A stretch of 64,000 nt of DNA from Naasia sp. (GTDB lineage Bacteria > Actinomycetota > Actinomycetes > Actinomycetales > Microbacteriaceae), in the NCBI GenBank assembly GCA_025463675.1, contig JAODAX010000067.1, positions 892 to 64,891 on the forward strand. The letters run 5' to 3'. Below, piece by piece: positions 49,396-59,210 of this stretch; within the stretch, counting starts at the first letter, position 1; the number at the start of each line of letters is the position of its first letter. The translations under genes were made by a program, and so were the position numbers. The notes beneath the pieces are model-generated. The model was not told where the DNA came from. It did not search any database and saw only the letters and a list, made by a program, of their open reading frames with translations.

Positions 49396-49911
49396 ATGGC
49401 GCTCCTGATCCCGTTCGACGGAACCGAACCGGAGGTGGCGCCGGATGCGTTCGTCGCCACGAACGCGACCCTCATCGGCCGCGTCACCCTTGCCGCCCGC
49501 TCCAGTGTCTTCTTCGGCGCCGTGCTGCGCGCCGACCGGGACACCATCGAGCTCGGCGTGGGCAGCAACCTCCAGGACAACGTCGTGGTGCATTGCGACC
49601 CCGGCCTGCCGGTGCGCATCGGCAGCGGCGTGTCGGTCGGCCACGGCGCCGTCGTGCACGGCTGCACCATCGAGGAGGACTGCCTCATCGGGATGGGCGC
49701 CACCGTGCTCAACCGCGCCGTGATCGGTGCCGGCTCGCTCGTCGCCGCGGGCGCCGTCGTGCTCGAGGGCACCGTGGTGCCGCCCGGCTCCCTCGTCGCC
49801 GGTGTGCCCGCCAAGGTGCGCCGCGAGCTCACCGAGGAGGAGCGCACCGGGCTCCGGCAGAACGCTGCCGTCTACGTGGAGCTCAGCCGCAGCTATCTCA
49901 CCGCGGAGTGA
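49396..49911 (+). CDS. Gamma carbonic anhydrase family (hexapeptide repeat) protein
   Basis: SNLQDNVVVH, VGHGAVVHGCTI, LIGMGATVL. Confidence 0.92.
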   Translation: MALLIPFDGTEPEVAPDAFVATNATLIGRVTLAARSSVFFGAVLRADRDTIELGVGSNLQDNVVVHCDPGLPVRIGSGVSVGHGAVVHGCTIEEDCLIGMGATVLNRAVIGAGSLVAAGAVVLEGTVVPPGSLVAGVPAKVRRELTEEERTGLRQNAAVYVELSRSYLTAE

Positions 49912-49913
49912 CG

Positions 49914-50774
49914 ATGCGGCACGGCATCGTCATCCTGCCGCAGCAGCCGTGGGCGGAGGCGCGGCGACTGTGGAGCAGCGCCGAGGGCCTCCGCTTCGAC
50001 TCGGCCTGGACCTACGACCACCTCTCCTGGCGAACCCTCGCCGACCAGCCGTGGCACGCCACTCTGCCGACGCTGACCGCGGCGGCCACCGTGACGGAGA
50101 TGATCCGGCTCGGCACATTCGTCGCCTCGCCGAACTTCCGCCACCCGGTGCCGTTCGCGAAGGAGTTGGCGACCATCGACGACATCGCGGGCGGTCGCCT
50201 CCAGGCCGGCGTCGGCTCCGGCGGCACCGGCTTCGACGCGTCCGTGCTCGGCCAGCGCGCGCTCACTGCCCGCGAGCGGCACCGCCGCTTCGTCGAGTTC
50301 GTCGAGGGGCTGGACGTGCTGCTGCGGCAGGAGACCGACGGCCCGATCTCCTTCGACGGCGACTGGTTCACCGCGGTCGACGCCCGCATGGTCGGCGCTC
50401 CCCGCCAGAGCCCGCGGCTGCCGCTGCTCCTCGCCGCGGACGGACCGAAGGGCATGGCACTCGCGGCCGAGCGCGCCGAGGGCTGGATCACCTTCGGCGG
50501 GGATGCCGACGACCGTGAGCAGTGGTGGGCGGACGTCGCCGCGCGGGTCCGGATGCTGGAGACGGCGGAGGCGCAGAGCGGGCGCCGCCTGCAGCGGCTG
50601 CTCACCCTCGACGGTGCGTCCGGCTCCGCGTTGGAGAGCGTCGACGCGTTCCAGGAGGCGGAGGGCCGCGCGGCGGAGCTCGGCTTCGACGAGGTCATCG
50701 TGCACTGGCCGCGCCGCGAGGGCATCTACGCGGGCGACGAGAACGTGCTCTTCGAGGTGGCGTCCCGCTTCTAA
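49914..50774 (+). CDS. LLM-class flavin-dependent oxidoreductase
   Basis: AWTYDHLSW, ASPNFRHPVPFAKE, GGRLQAGVGSGG. Confidence 0.88.
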   Translation: MRHGIVILPQQPWAEARRLWSSAEGLRFDSAWTYDHLSWRTLADQPWHATLPTLTAAATVTEMIRLGTFVASPNFRHPVPFAKELATIDDIAGGRLQAGVGSGGTGFDASVLGQRALTARERHRRFVEFVEGLDVLLRQETDGPISFDGDWFTAVDARMVGAPRQSPRLPLLLAADGPKGMALAAERAEGWITFGGDADDREQWWADVAARVRMLETAEAQSGRRLQRLLTLDGASGSALESVDAFQEAEGRAAELGFDEVIVHWPRREGIYAGDENVLFEVASRF

Positions 50775-50790
50775 CCCGACGACGGACCCT

Positions 50791-50914
50791 GTTCACGGAT
50801 CCGGAAAGCGTTCACGGCTCCGGCGCCGCTGGCCGAAACGCCGATCGCGGCGGCCTCGCAGCGGCGTGTTGCGCCTCCCGTCCGGATCCGTGAACGCTTT
50901 CCGGAACCGTGGAG
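50791..50914. repeat. Double-unit palindrome, family B
   Basis: GTTCACGG(A/C)TCCGG x2 (50791, 50810), spacer, then CCGGATCCGTGAAC (50882) and CCGGAACCGTGGAG (50901); 19-nt period. Confidence 0.85.
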
Positions 50915-50938
50915 GACGGCGGAGTCGGCGAGGACGGG

Positions 50939-51814
50939 TCAGCCGACGAGGTTCTGCGCGAACACGTGCGGGGTGAAGCCGGTCAGATCGCCGAGGCCCT
51001 CGCCCTGGCCGACCAGCTTCACGGGCAGTCCGGTGCGCTCCTGCACGGACAGGACGAAGCCGCCCTTCGCGCTGCCGTCCAGCTTGGTGATCACCAGCCC
51101 GGTCACGCCGGCGACCTCGAGGAACGCCTCCGCCTGATGCAAGCCGTTCTGCCCCGTCGTCGCGTCGAGGACCAGCAGCACCTCCGAGATGGGGGCGAGC
51201 TTCTCGACGACCCGCCGAATCTTGCCCAGCTCGTCCATGAGGCCGGCCTTCGTCTGCAACCGGCCGGCGGTGTCGATGAGGACGATCTCGGTGCCGTTCC
51301 GCTTGGCGAAGTCGACCGTCTGGTACGCCACCGACGCCGGATCCTGGCCCGGATGCTGGGGACGCACCACGTCGGCGCCGGCCCGCGCCGCCCACGTCGC
51401 GAGCTGCTCGACGGCCGCCGCGCGGAAAGTGTCGGCCGCGCCCACCACCACAGTTCGCCCGTAGTTGCGCACGAACTTCGCGAACTTGCCGATGGTGGTC
51501 GTCTTGCCGACGCCGTTGACGCCGACGACGAGGACGACGGCGGGACGCTCGGTCAGCCGCAGCGTCGGGTCGTACTTCGCGAGCCGCTCCTCGATGCTCT
51601 CCCGGAGCATCCGCTGCAGATCCTTCGGGTCCTCGGTGCGGTAGCGCTCCACCTTGGCGCGGAGGTCGGCGATCGTCTCCTCGGTGACCGTCGGACCGAA
51701 GTCCGCGGAGAGGAGGGTGTCCTCGAGGTCCTCCCACGTCTGCTCGTCGATCGTCTTCTTCGCGAACATGCCGCGGAGCGCGCCCGACAGCGACCAAGGG
51801 GTGCGATCTGCCAC
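50939..51814 (-). CDS. ftsY: SRP receptor FtsY (NG domains only)
   Basis: GVNGVGKTTT, DTFRAAA, DTAGRLQ, TKLDGSAKGG. Confidence 0.96.
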   Translation of the reverse strand: MADRTPWSLSGALRGMFAKKTIDEQTWEDLEDTLLSADFGPTVTEETIADLRAKVERYRTEDPKDLQRMLRESIEERLAKYDPTLRLTERPAVVLVVGVNGVGKTTTIGKFAKFVRNYGRTVVVGAADTFRAAAVEQLATWAARAGADVVRPQHPGQDPASVAYQTVDFAKRNGTEIVLIDTAGRLQTKAGLMDELGKIRRVVEKLAPISEVLLVLDATTGQNGLHQAEAFLEVAGVTGLVITKLDGSAKGGFVLSVQERTGLPVKLVGQGEGLGDLTGFTPHVFAQNLVG

Positions 51815-51915
51815 CCGACCAGCCTATTGCGCGAGCCCGGGCGGTCCGCGCGCAAGGGGTGCACGTCGGAGCCGATCGCCGCAAGAGTGGGGACACGACG
51901 ACGGACGGAGAGCAC

Positions 51916-52911
51916 ATGTCGGTGATCGGCTTCCACGCCTCGCACGAGCAGATTCCGCCCCGCGACCTGCTGCGGGCCGCGCGACGCGCGGAGGAGGTGG
52001 GCTTCACCGGGGGCATGTGCTCCGACCACATCGCGCCGTGGAGCGAGCGGCAGGGCGAGTCCGGGTTCGCCTGGTCCTGGCTCGGAGCCGCCCTCGAGGC
52101 GACGAGCCTCCCGTTCGGCGTCGTCAACGCCCCGGGTCAGCGCTACCACCCGGCGATCATCGCCCAGGCGGCCGCGACGCTCGAAGCGATGTACCCGGGC
52201 CGGTTCTGGGTGGCCCTCGGCTCCGGTGAGAACGCCAACGAGCACATCACCGGGCAGGGCTGGCCGCGCAAAGAGCTGCGGAACGCTCGACTGCGGGAGT
52301 GCGTCGACGTGATCCGCGCCCTGTTCGCCGGCGAGGAGGTCAGCCACGACGGCCTCGTTACGGTGGACCGCGCGAAGGTGTGGTCGCTGCCGGAGACGCC
52401 GCCGCCGCTGCTGGCGACGGCGGTCAGCGCCGCTACCGCCGCGTGGGCCGCCGAGTGGGCGGACGGCTTCGTCACCGTGAACCAGCCCGTCGACCTGGTG
52501 CGCGCCGCGCTCGACGCCTACCGAGACGCCGGCGGCCGGGGCCCCGCGGCGCTGCAGGTGCACGTCTGCTGGGACCCCGACGAGGACGAGGCCGAGCGGG
52601 TCGCCGACGACCAATGGGGCATGCAGGTGTTCGGCCCGCCGCTCGCCTGGGACCTCGACACGCCCGCCGCGTTCGACTCCGCCGCCGCCAAGGTGCCGGC
52701 CGCGGCGGTGCGGGACGCGGTGGTGGTGTCCTCCGACCCCGCCGTGCACGTCGCCCGGCTGCAGGAATACCTGGCGCTCGGCTTCGACGAGCTGTACATC
52801 CACCACGTCGGCAAGCAGCAGGACGCCTTCCTCGAGCTCTACGGCGAGCGTGTGCTGCCGCAGCTGGACGTCACCGCGAAGGCGCCCGCCGGTCAGGGGG
52901 CTGCGCGATGA
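51916..52911 (+). CDS. LLM-class oxidoreductase (G6PDH-like, TIGR03885-type)
   Basis: GFHASHEQ, SDHIAPWS, RYHPAIIAQA, GSGENANEH. Confidence 0.88.
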   Translation: MSVIGFHASHEQIPPRDLLRAARRAEEVGFTGGMCSDHIAPWSERQGESGFAWSWLGAALEATSLPFGVVNAPGQRYHPAIIAQAAATLEAMYPGRFWVALGSGENANEHITGQGWPRKELRNARLRECVDVIRALFAGEEVSHDGLVTVDRAKVWSLPETPPPLLATAVSAATAAWAAEWADGFVTVNQPVDLVRAALDAYRDAGGRGPAALQVHVCWDPDEDEAERVADDQWGMQVFGPPLAWDLDTPAAFDSAAAKVPAAAVRDAVVVSSDPAVHVARLQEYLALGFDELYIHHVGKQQDAFLELYGERVLPQLDVTAKAPAGQGAAR

Positions 52912-54545
52912 AACTCACCGACACCAGCGACCTGTGGTGGCGCAGCGCCGTCCTCTACTGCCTTGACGTCGAGACCTTCCTGGACGCCGGCGGCGACGGC
53001 ACGGGCGACCTCCGCGGACTCGCCCAGCGCATCGACTACCTCTCCGAGCTCGGCGTCACCTGCCTCTGGCTGATGCCGTTCTATCCGACGGCCGAGCGCG
53101 ACGACGGCTACGACATCGTCGACTTCTACGGCGTCGACCCGCGCCTGGGCACGCACGGCGACCTCGTGGAGGTGCTCCGACTCGCGAGCGACCGCGGACT
53201 CCGCGTCATCGTCGACCTCGTCGTCAACCACACCTCCGAGAAGCACCCGTGGTTCCGCGCGTCCCGCTCCAGCCGCGACAACCCCTACCGCGACTGGTAC
53301 GTGTGGGTCGACGAGCCGCCGGCCGCCAAGGAGGAGAACGTCTTCCCGGACCAGGAGGACGGCGTCTGGCGCTTGGACGAGAAGACCGGCCAGTACTACC
53401 AGCACAGCTTCTACCGCGAGCAGCCGGATCTGAACGTCGCCAATCCCGCCGTGCGCGACGAGATCGCGAAGATCATGGGCTTCTGGCTGCAGCTCGGCGT
53501 CTCCGGCTTCCGCGTCGACGCCGTGCCGTTCCTGCTCGACACGAAGGGCATCGAACGCCACGAGGATCTGCTGCCGGACCCGCACCAGTACCTGCGCGAG
53601 CTCCGCGCGTTCATGAACCGTCGCGACGGCCAGGCGGTCCTGCTCGGCGAGGTCAATCTGCCCTACAACGCGCAGCTCGAGTTCTTCGGCGGCCCGGACG
53701 GCGGCGAGCTGACCATGCAGTTCGACTTCAACGCGATGCAGCGGATGTACCTCGGGCTCGCCCGCGAGGACGCGACCCCGCTCGTCGAGGCGCTGCACGA
53801 GCGGCCGACGCTGCCGGACGGCACGCAGTGGGCGATCTTCGTGCGCAACCACGACGAGCTCACCCTCGACAAGCTGAGCGAGGAGGAGCGGCAGGAGGTC
53901 TTCGCGGCGTTCGGCCCGGACCGCGACATGCAGCTCTACGGCCGCGGTCTGCGGCGGCGGCTCCCCCCGATGCTGGGCGGCGACCCGCGCCGCATCCGCC
54001 TGGTCTACAGCCTGCTCTTCGCCCTCCCGGGCACCCCGACGCTCTTCTACGGCGAAGAGATCGGCATGGGCGAGAACCTTGCGGTGGAGGGGCGGATGAG
54101 TGTGCGAACGCCGATGCAGTGGACCGCGGACGCCAACGGCGGCTTCTCGACCGCACCGGAGCGGAAGCTGCCGGCACCCGTCACGCCGGACGGCTACGGC
54201 CCGCGCTTCGTGAACGTCGAGTCACAGCAGCACGATCCCGACTCGCTTCTGTCGTTCATCCGCGACCTGGCTCACGTCTACCGGACGACGTTCGAAATCG
54301 GCTTCGGCGAAGCGCGGTACCCGGACCTCGGCGATCCGCGGGTGCTCGCCTGCGAGTACCGCTGGAACGACGGTTGCGTCATCACGCTGCACAACTTCGG
54401 GTCGGCGTCCGCGCTGGTCCGGGTGCCGGTCGATGGATCGGCGGTCCTCGACCTGCTCACCGGCCGGCGGGAGGAGACCCCGGACGGCGAGCACGAGGTG
54501 CCCCTCGACGGCTACGGCTTCCGCTGGCTCCGCGTCCTGCGGTGA
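52908..54545 (+). CDS. GH13 alpha-amylase family, trehalose synthase-like
   Basis: DDGYDI, LVVNHTS, GFRVDAVP, LGEVN, RNHDELT, YGEEIGM; ATGA overlap with the LLM gene. Confidence 0.9.
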   Translation: MKLTDTSDLWWRSAVLYCLDVETFLDAGGDGTGDLRGLAQRIDYLSELGVTCLWLMPFYPTAERDDGYDIVDFYGVDPRLGTHGDLVEVLRLASDRGLRVIVDLVVNHTSEKHPWFRASRSSRDNPYRDWYVWVDEPPAAKEENVFPDQEDGVWRLDEKTGQYYQHSFYREQPDLNVANPAVRDEIAKIMGFWLQLGVSGFRVDAVPFLLDTKGIERHEDLLPDPHQYLRELRAFMNRRDGQAVLLGEVNLPYNAQLEFFGGPDGGELTMQFDFNAMQRMYLGLAREDATPLVEALHERPTLPDGTQWAIFVRNHDELTLDKLSEEERQEVFAAFGPDRDMQLYGRGLRRRLPPMLGGDPRRIRLVYSLLFALPGTPTLFYGEEIGMGENLAVEGRMSVRTPMQWTADANGGFSTAPERKLPAPVTPDGYGPRFVNVESQQHDPDSLLSFIRDLAHVYRTTFEIGFGEARYPDLGDPRVLACEYRWNDGCVITLHNFGSASALVRVPVDGSAVLDLLTGRREETPDGEHEVPLDGYGFRWLRVLR

Positions 54546-54559
54546 TGGGGGGGGTGTCC

Positions 54560-54644
54560 TCGCCCTCAACAGGTGCGGTCGCCCTCAACAGGCGAATCTG
54601 GGCCCAGCTGGCCTGTTCAGCGCGAGTCGGCCTGTTGAGGGCAA
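54560..54644. repeat. Double-unit palindrome, family A
   Basis: TCGCCCTCAACAGG x2 (54560, 54579), then CCTGTTCAGCGCGA (54612) and CCTGTTGAGGGCAA (54631); 19-nt period. Confidence 0.85.
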
Positions 54645-54671
54645 GGCGGACGAGCGGACGAGCCAGGCCGG

Positions 54672-57600
54672 TCAGCCGGCGGCGGATTCGCGGCCGACGC
54701 GCTGGCCGACCACCGCGGAGATGCCGTCGCGGCGCATCGAGACGCCGTAGAGAGCGTCCGCGATCTCCATCGTGCGCTTCTGGTGGGTGATGACGATGAG
54801 CTGCGAGGTCCTGCGCAGGTCCTCGAAGATGGTGAGCAGCCGGCCGAGGTTGGCGTCGTCGAGCGCCGCCTCCACCTCGTCCATGATGTAGAACGGGCTC
54901 GGCCGGGCCTTGAAGATCGCCACCAGCAGCGCGACGGCGGCCAGTGACCGCTCGCCGCCGGACAGCAGCGACAGTCGCTCGATCTTCTTGCCGGCAGGCC
55001 GCACGCTCACCTCGATGCCGGTGGTGAGGAGGTCGTCCGGATCGGTCAGCTCGATACTCCCCGTGCCGCCCGGGAAGAGCACCGGGAAGACTTCCGCGAA
55101 CGCCGCCTTGGTGTCCTCGAACGCGGTGAGGAACACCACCTGCATCTTCTCGTCGAGCTCGCCGATGATGGTGAGCAGGTCCTTGCGCGTGCGCTGAAGG
55201 TCGGCGAGCTGCTCGGTGAGGAACGTGTGGCGCTGCTCCAGCGCGGCGAACTCCTCGAGCGCGAGCGGGTTCACCCGGCCCAGCCGGGCGAGCTTGCGCT
55301 CGGCCGCCTCCAGCCGCTTCTGCTGCTCGGCGCGGACATAGGGGCGGGTCTCGGGCACCGCGTCCGCGGCGGCGGTGCCGCCGTCGCCCGCGTCGCCGTC
55401 GCTTGCGGGGACCGCGAGCACCGGCACCGGAATCTGCGGCCCGTACTCGGCGAGCAGCACCTCCTCGGTCAGGCCGAGGGCGCCCGCGCGCTCGACCAGC
55501 TGGGCGAGCTGCAGTTTCTTCTCGTAGATCTGCAGCTCGAGTCCGTGCACATCCTCGGTGATTGCGTGCAGCCGGGAGCGCAGCTCCGCCTCGCCTCGGC
55601 GCAGCTCGGCGAGCTCCCGTGAGCGGCCGGCGCGCTCCGCCTCCGCGGCGGCGAGCGCGACCCGCGCCTCCGCGACGGAGCGGTCGACCGAGTCGAGCAG
55701 CGCGGGCAGCGCCGCCACCACGGCCCGGGCGGACGCGATCTGCCGGCGCCGGATCACCGCGCGCCGCGCCGCCTCCTCCGCTGCCGCCTCCTCCGTCACC
55801 CGGCGTCGTTCGAGCGACTCGGCGCGCGCGCTCTCCGCGCGCACCCGCTCGCGCGCCGTCTCGACGGCGAGGCGCGCGGCCACCTCCCGTTCGCGGGCGG
55901 AATCGACCGCGGCGGCGAGCGGGGCGCGGGCTCCGCCGTCGAACGCCGGACGTGGGGTGGCGCGGGCGGCATCGAGCGCCGTGCGCGCCTCCGCGACGAC
56001 CGCCTCCGCGGCGGCGACCTGCTCGCCGGACTGGCCGAGGGCCGCCTCCAGCCGCTCGTACTCGGCGGCCGCTGCCTCCGCCTGCACGCGCAGGCGGTTG
56101 AGCGTGTCGGTGCGCGCGGAGAGCTCGGCGTCGGCGGAGCGCAGCTCCTTCAGCGCGGCGGCCGCCTGCTGCTTCGCCTGCTCCGACTCGGCGCGCTTCT
56201 CGGCGAGGGCGACCCGGGTCCGCTCGATCGCGGAGGTGACGTCCGCGAGGCGGTCGGCGGCCTCATCGCGCTCGGCGACGAGTTCGATGCGGCTGCGGGA
56301 GGCGCGGGTGCCGCCGCGCAGCACGTACGGCGTCAGCACCTCGCCGGCCCGGGTGACCACGGTGACGGGGGGCTCAGCGGCGCGGGCGGCCGACCAGACG
56401 GCGCGGGCGGCGTCCAGGTCGGCGACCAGCACCACCCGCTCGAGCAGGGCGAGCAGCCCGGCAGGGCCGGACACGACGGCCCGGGCCGGCGCTGCGCCGG
56501 GCAGGTCCGGCGGCGCTCCCGCCGCCCGAGCAGACGGCGGCTCGGCGACGACGACCGCGACGCGGCCGAGGTCGGCGTTCTCGGCATGCAGTACCGCGGC
56601 GATGGCGGATTCCGCATCCTCGGCGAGCACCGCGTCGGCGAGCGAGCCGAGCGCGGCCGCGATCGCGGCTCGCCAGCCCTCCTCGACGGCGAGCGCGTCC
56701 GCGACCATGCCACGCACCCCGGGAAGCCGCGCGGCGGCGAGGTCGCTGGAGCCGTCCTTTACCTCGAGCGCCAGGGTCAGCGCGGAGGCGCGGGCCGAGA
56801 GCGCATCGCGCTCCCGCTCCTCCGCGTGCAGCGCCTCACGCAGCTCGTCCAGCTCGACGGCGGCACGGGCGACCCGGGACTGTGCGTCCTCGTGGGCCTC
56901 GTCGAGCCCCGCGGAGTCGAGAGCCTCGCCCACCGCCTCGGCCTCGGCCTCCAGCTCGGCGAACCGGGCGCGTGCCGCGTCCCGCCGCTCGCGGGCGGAG
57001 TCGAGCGCATGCTCCCGGCGGAGCACCTCACCGCGGACGGCCGCGAGCCGGGATGCGGCCGCCTCGGCGCGGCCGGCGAGCTGGGAGACCACGAGGTCGT
57101 AGCGGCTGACGGCCGCTCCCTGCTCCGCGATGCGCGTGTCGACGACGTCCAGCTCTTCGCGGGCCGCCCCGAGTGCGGCGCGCGCGCCTTCCAGGGCGCG
57201 CTCGGCGACCCGGATCTGCTCGGACAGTCGCTCGACTTCGGTGTGCGCCGCCTGCACCATCTCCGCCGTCACGGTGGGCGTGGCGGGCCCGTCGTGGTTC
57301 GCGGAGCCGAGGAGCGCGAGCCGCTGGTTGGCGAGCGTGTAGAGGCCGCGCACGCGCTCCTGCGCCGACTCCAGGGCGAACGAGGTGCGCCGGGCGGCAT
57401 CGACCTCCTCGCTGGAGCCGCGCGCCTCGAGCGCCGCGGCCCGGCGGGTGCGGTCGTCGAGTTGCGCCTGCAGCACCATCCGCTCCTCGCCGCGCTCCTG
57501 TTCGACGCGGCCGAACTCGGTCACCGCGCGGCGGAGCGAGCCGAGCTCGTCAGCGAGGAGGCGCGCGCGGGCGTCGCGCGCCTCCGCCTGGATGGTCTGC

Positions 57601-58244
57601 GCCTCGCGCGCCACCTGCGCCTGGTTGCCGAGGGGCCTCAGCTGGCGGCGGATCTCGCCGGCGAGGTCGGACAGCCGGGTGAGGTTCGCCTGCATCGACT
57701 CGAGCTTGCGCTCGGTCTTCTCTTTGCGCCGGCGGTGCTTGAGGATCCCCGCGGCCTCCTCGATGAAGCCGCGGCGATCGGCGGACGTCGCGTGCAGGAC
57801 CGCGTCGAGCTGCCCCTGCCCGACGATGACGTGCATCTCGCGACCGAGACCGGAGTCGCTGAGCAGCTCCTGCACATCGAGCAGGCGGCACGATTCGCCG
57901 TTGATCGCGTATTCGCTGCCGCCATTGCGGAACAGGATGCGACTGATCGTCACCTCGGTGTACTCGATCGGCAGGGCACCGTCCGAGTTGTCGATGGTGA
58001 GCGTCACCTCGGCGCGACCGAGGGGCCCCTTGGTGGCCGTGCCGGCGAAGATGACGTCCTCCATCTTGCCGCCGCGCAGGCTCTTCGCGCCCTGCTCCCC
58101 CATCACCCAGGCGAGCGCGTCCACGACGTTGCTCTTGCCGGAGCCGTTGGGGCCGACGACGCAGGTGACGCCCTGCTCGAACGCGAAGGTCGTCGGCTGG
58201 GCGAAGGACTTGAACCCCTTCAGGGTCAAGCTCTTCAGATACAC
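54672..58244 (-). CDS. smc: Chromosome segregation protein SMC
   Basis: GFKSF, GPNGSGKSN, coiled coils with hinge, LSGGE, MDEVEAALD, ITHQ. Confidence 0.96.
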   Translation of the reverse strand: MYLKSLTLKGFKSFAQPTTFAFEQGVTCVVGPNGSGKSNVVDALAWVMGEQGAKSLRGGKMEDVIFAGTATKGPLGRAEVTLTIDNSDGALPIEYTEVTISRILFRNGGSEYAINGESCRLLDVQELLSDSGLGREMHVIVGQGQLDAVLHATSADRRGFIEEAAGILKHRRRKEKTERKLESMQANLTRLSDLAGEIRRQLRPLGNQAQVAREAQTIQAEARDARARLLADELGSLRRAVTEFGRVEQERGEERMVLQAQLDDRTRRAAALEARGSSEEVDAARRTSFALESAQERVRGLYTLANQRLALLGSANHDGPATPTVTAEMVQAAHTEVERLSEQIRVAERALEGARAALGAAREELDVVDTRIAEQGAAVSRYDLVVSQLAGRAEAAASRLAAVRGEVLRREHALDSARERRDAARARFAELEAEAEAVGEALDSAGLDEAHEDAQSRVARAAVELDELREALHAEERERDALSARASALTLALEVKDGSSDLAAARLPGVRGMVADALAVEEGWRAAIAAALGSLADAVLAEDAESAIAAVLHAENADLGRVAVVVAEPPSARAAGAPPDLPGAAPARAVVSGPAGLLALLERVVLVADLDAARAVWSAARAAEPPVTVVTRAGEVLTPYVLRGGTRASRSRIELVAERDEAADRLADVTSAIERTRVALAEKRAESEQAKQQAAAALKELRSADAELSARTDTLNRLRVQAEAAAAEYERLEAALGQSGEQVAAAEAVVAEARTALDAARATPRPAFDGGARAPLAAAVDSAREREVAARLAVETARERVRAESARAESLERRRVTEEAAAEEAARRAVIRRRQIASARAVVAALPALLDSVDRSVAEARVALAAAEAERAGRSRELAELRRGEAELRSRLHAITEDVHGLELQIYEKKLQLAQLVERAGALGLTEEVLLAEYGPQIPVPVLAVPASDGDAGDGGTAAADAVPETRPYVRAEQQKRLEAAERKLARLGRVNPLALEEFAALEQRHTFLTEQLADLQRTRKDLLTIIGELDEKMQVVFLTAFEDTKAAFAEVFPVLFPGGTGSIELTDPDDLLTTGIEVSVRPAGKKIERLSLLSGGERSLAAVALLVAIFKARPSPFYIMDEVEAALDDANLGRLLTIFEDLRRTSQLIVITHQKRTMEIADALYGVSMRRDGISAVVGQRVGRESAAG

Positions 58245-58340
58245 CGGGCCTCCGGACGGTCGGGGACGAGAACGCCCTACGGTACCGTCCCGTCCGCCGC
58301 CGGCCGGGATGCGCGGTCGAGCCGCGGCGCGATGAGCTGG

Positions 58341-59123
58341 TCAGGGCAAGGCGAGGGCAACGCCCGCGACCCGCAACGCGACGTCGCCGAGCCCGTAGGC
58401 GCAGTAGATGCCGAGTCCGATCGCGAGGACGTACTCCCGGAGCGATCCGGCCCTGCCGAGGATCGGGAAGGCGATGAAGCCGTTGCGCTTCCAGAGGTCG
58501 TTGAGGATGTTCGTCTGCATCCACCAGCGGGGCGGCTTGATCCGCAGAGGCCAGAGCAGGCCGGGGATGCCGCCGACGGTGAGCGCGTCGCCGACGAGGT
58601 GTGCGACGTAGCCGAGGCCGATGCCGAGCGGGAACCAGACGGTCGTGTCGGCGGCGTAGAGCGCGACGAGCACGGCCGCGAGCAGCCCGAGTGCCCACGC
58701 GGTGCGCCAGTGCCGGACGAGGTCGCGGGCCTTCGAGGCGAAGGCGATCATCGCCACCGTCGCGATCGCCGGCCCCACGGCGGTGAGGCCCAGGTAGGGC
58801 AACTCAACCTGCCACTGGCCGATCGCCACGGCGCCGGCGGTGACCGCCGCTGCGGCGAGCAGGGTGTGCGCCCCGTGCCGGTGCCCGCCGCTGACGTCGC
58901 CGATCGCGTCCGTCACGAGGGGGCCGAGGACGGGAACGGACTGCGCGATCGTCGCGCTGCCGTGGTCGGCGTCCGGAAGCAGCGCCGCGCCCGCCGCGAC
59001 CATGGCGCCGGCCAGGACGGCGGCGGGCGTCATCGGCAGGATGCCCGTGCCGAATGCGGGGAGCGCCGCGGTCACGGCGAGCCACGCGGCCGTGCCGCTC
59101 GTGGCGTGCGTGAACCCCATCAT
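58341..59123 (-). CDS. Membrane metal-dependent hydrolase (YdjM-like)
   Basis: MMGFTH, ALLPDADH, HRHGAHT, AHLVGDALT. Confidence 0.87.
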   Translation of the reverse strand: MMGFTHATSGTAAWLAVTAALPAFGTGILPMTPAAVLAGAMVAAGAALLPDADHGSATIAQSVPVLGPLVTDAIGDVSGGHRHGAHTLLAAAAVTAGAVAIGQWQVELPYLGLTAVGPAIATVAMIAFASKARDLVRHWRTAWALGLLAAVLVALYAADTTVWFPLGIGLGYVAHLVGDALTVGGIPGLLWPLRIKPPRWWMQTNILNDLWKRNGFIAFPILGRAGSLREYVLAIGLGIYCAYGLGDVALRVAGVALALP

Positions 59124-59210
59124 GGCTCCATGCTGGAGGGCGGCCGGAGGGGCGCCCGCCAGGCGCGCCGCTCCTCCCCTCGACGCGCGGGCGGCCACCA
59201 TCCTGGGCGC

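Noticed and set aside
54547-54554. G8 homopolymer as a phase-variation tract
   Set aside because: Lies after a stop codon between convergent genes, so a length change would not alter a frame or promoter
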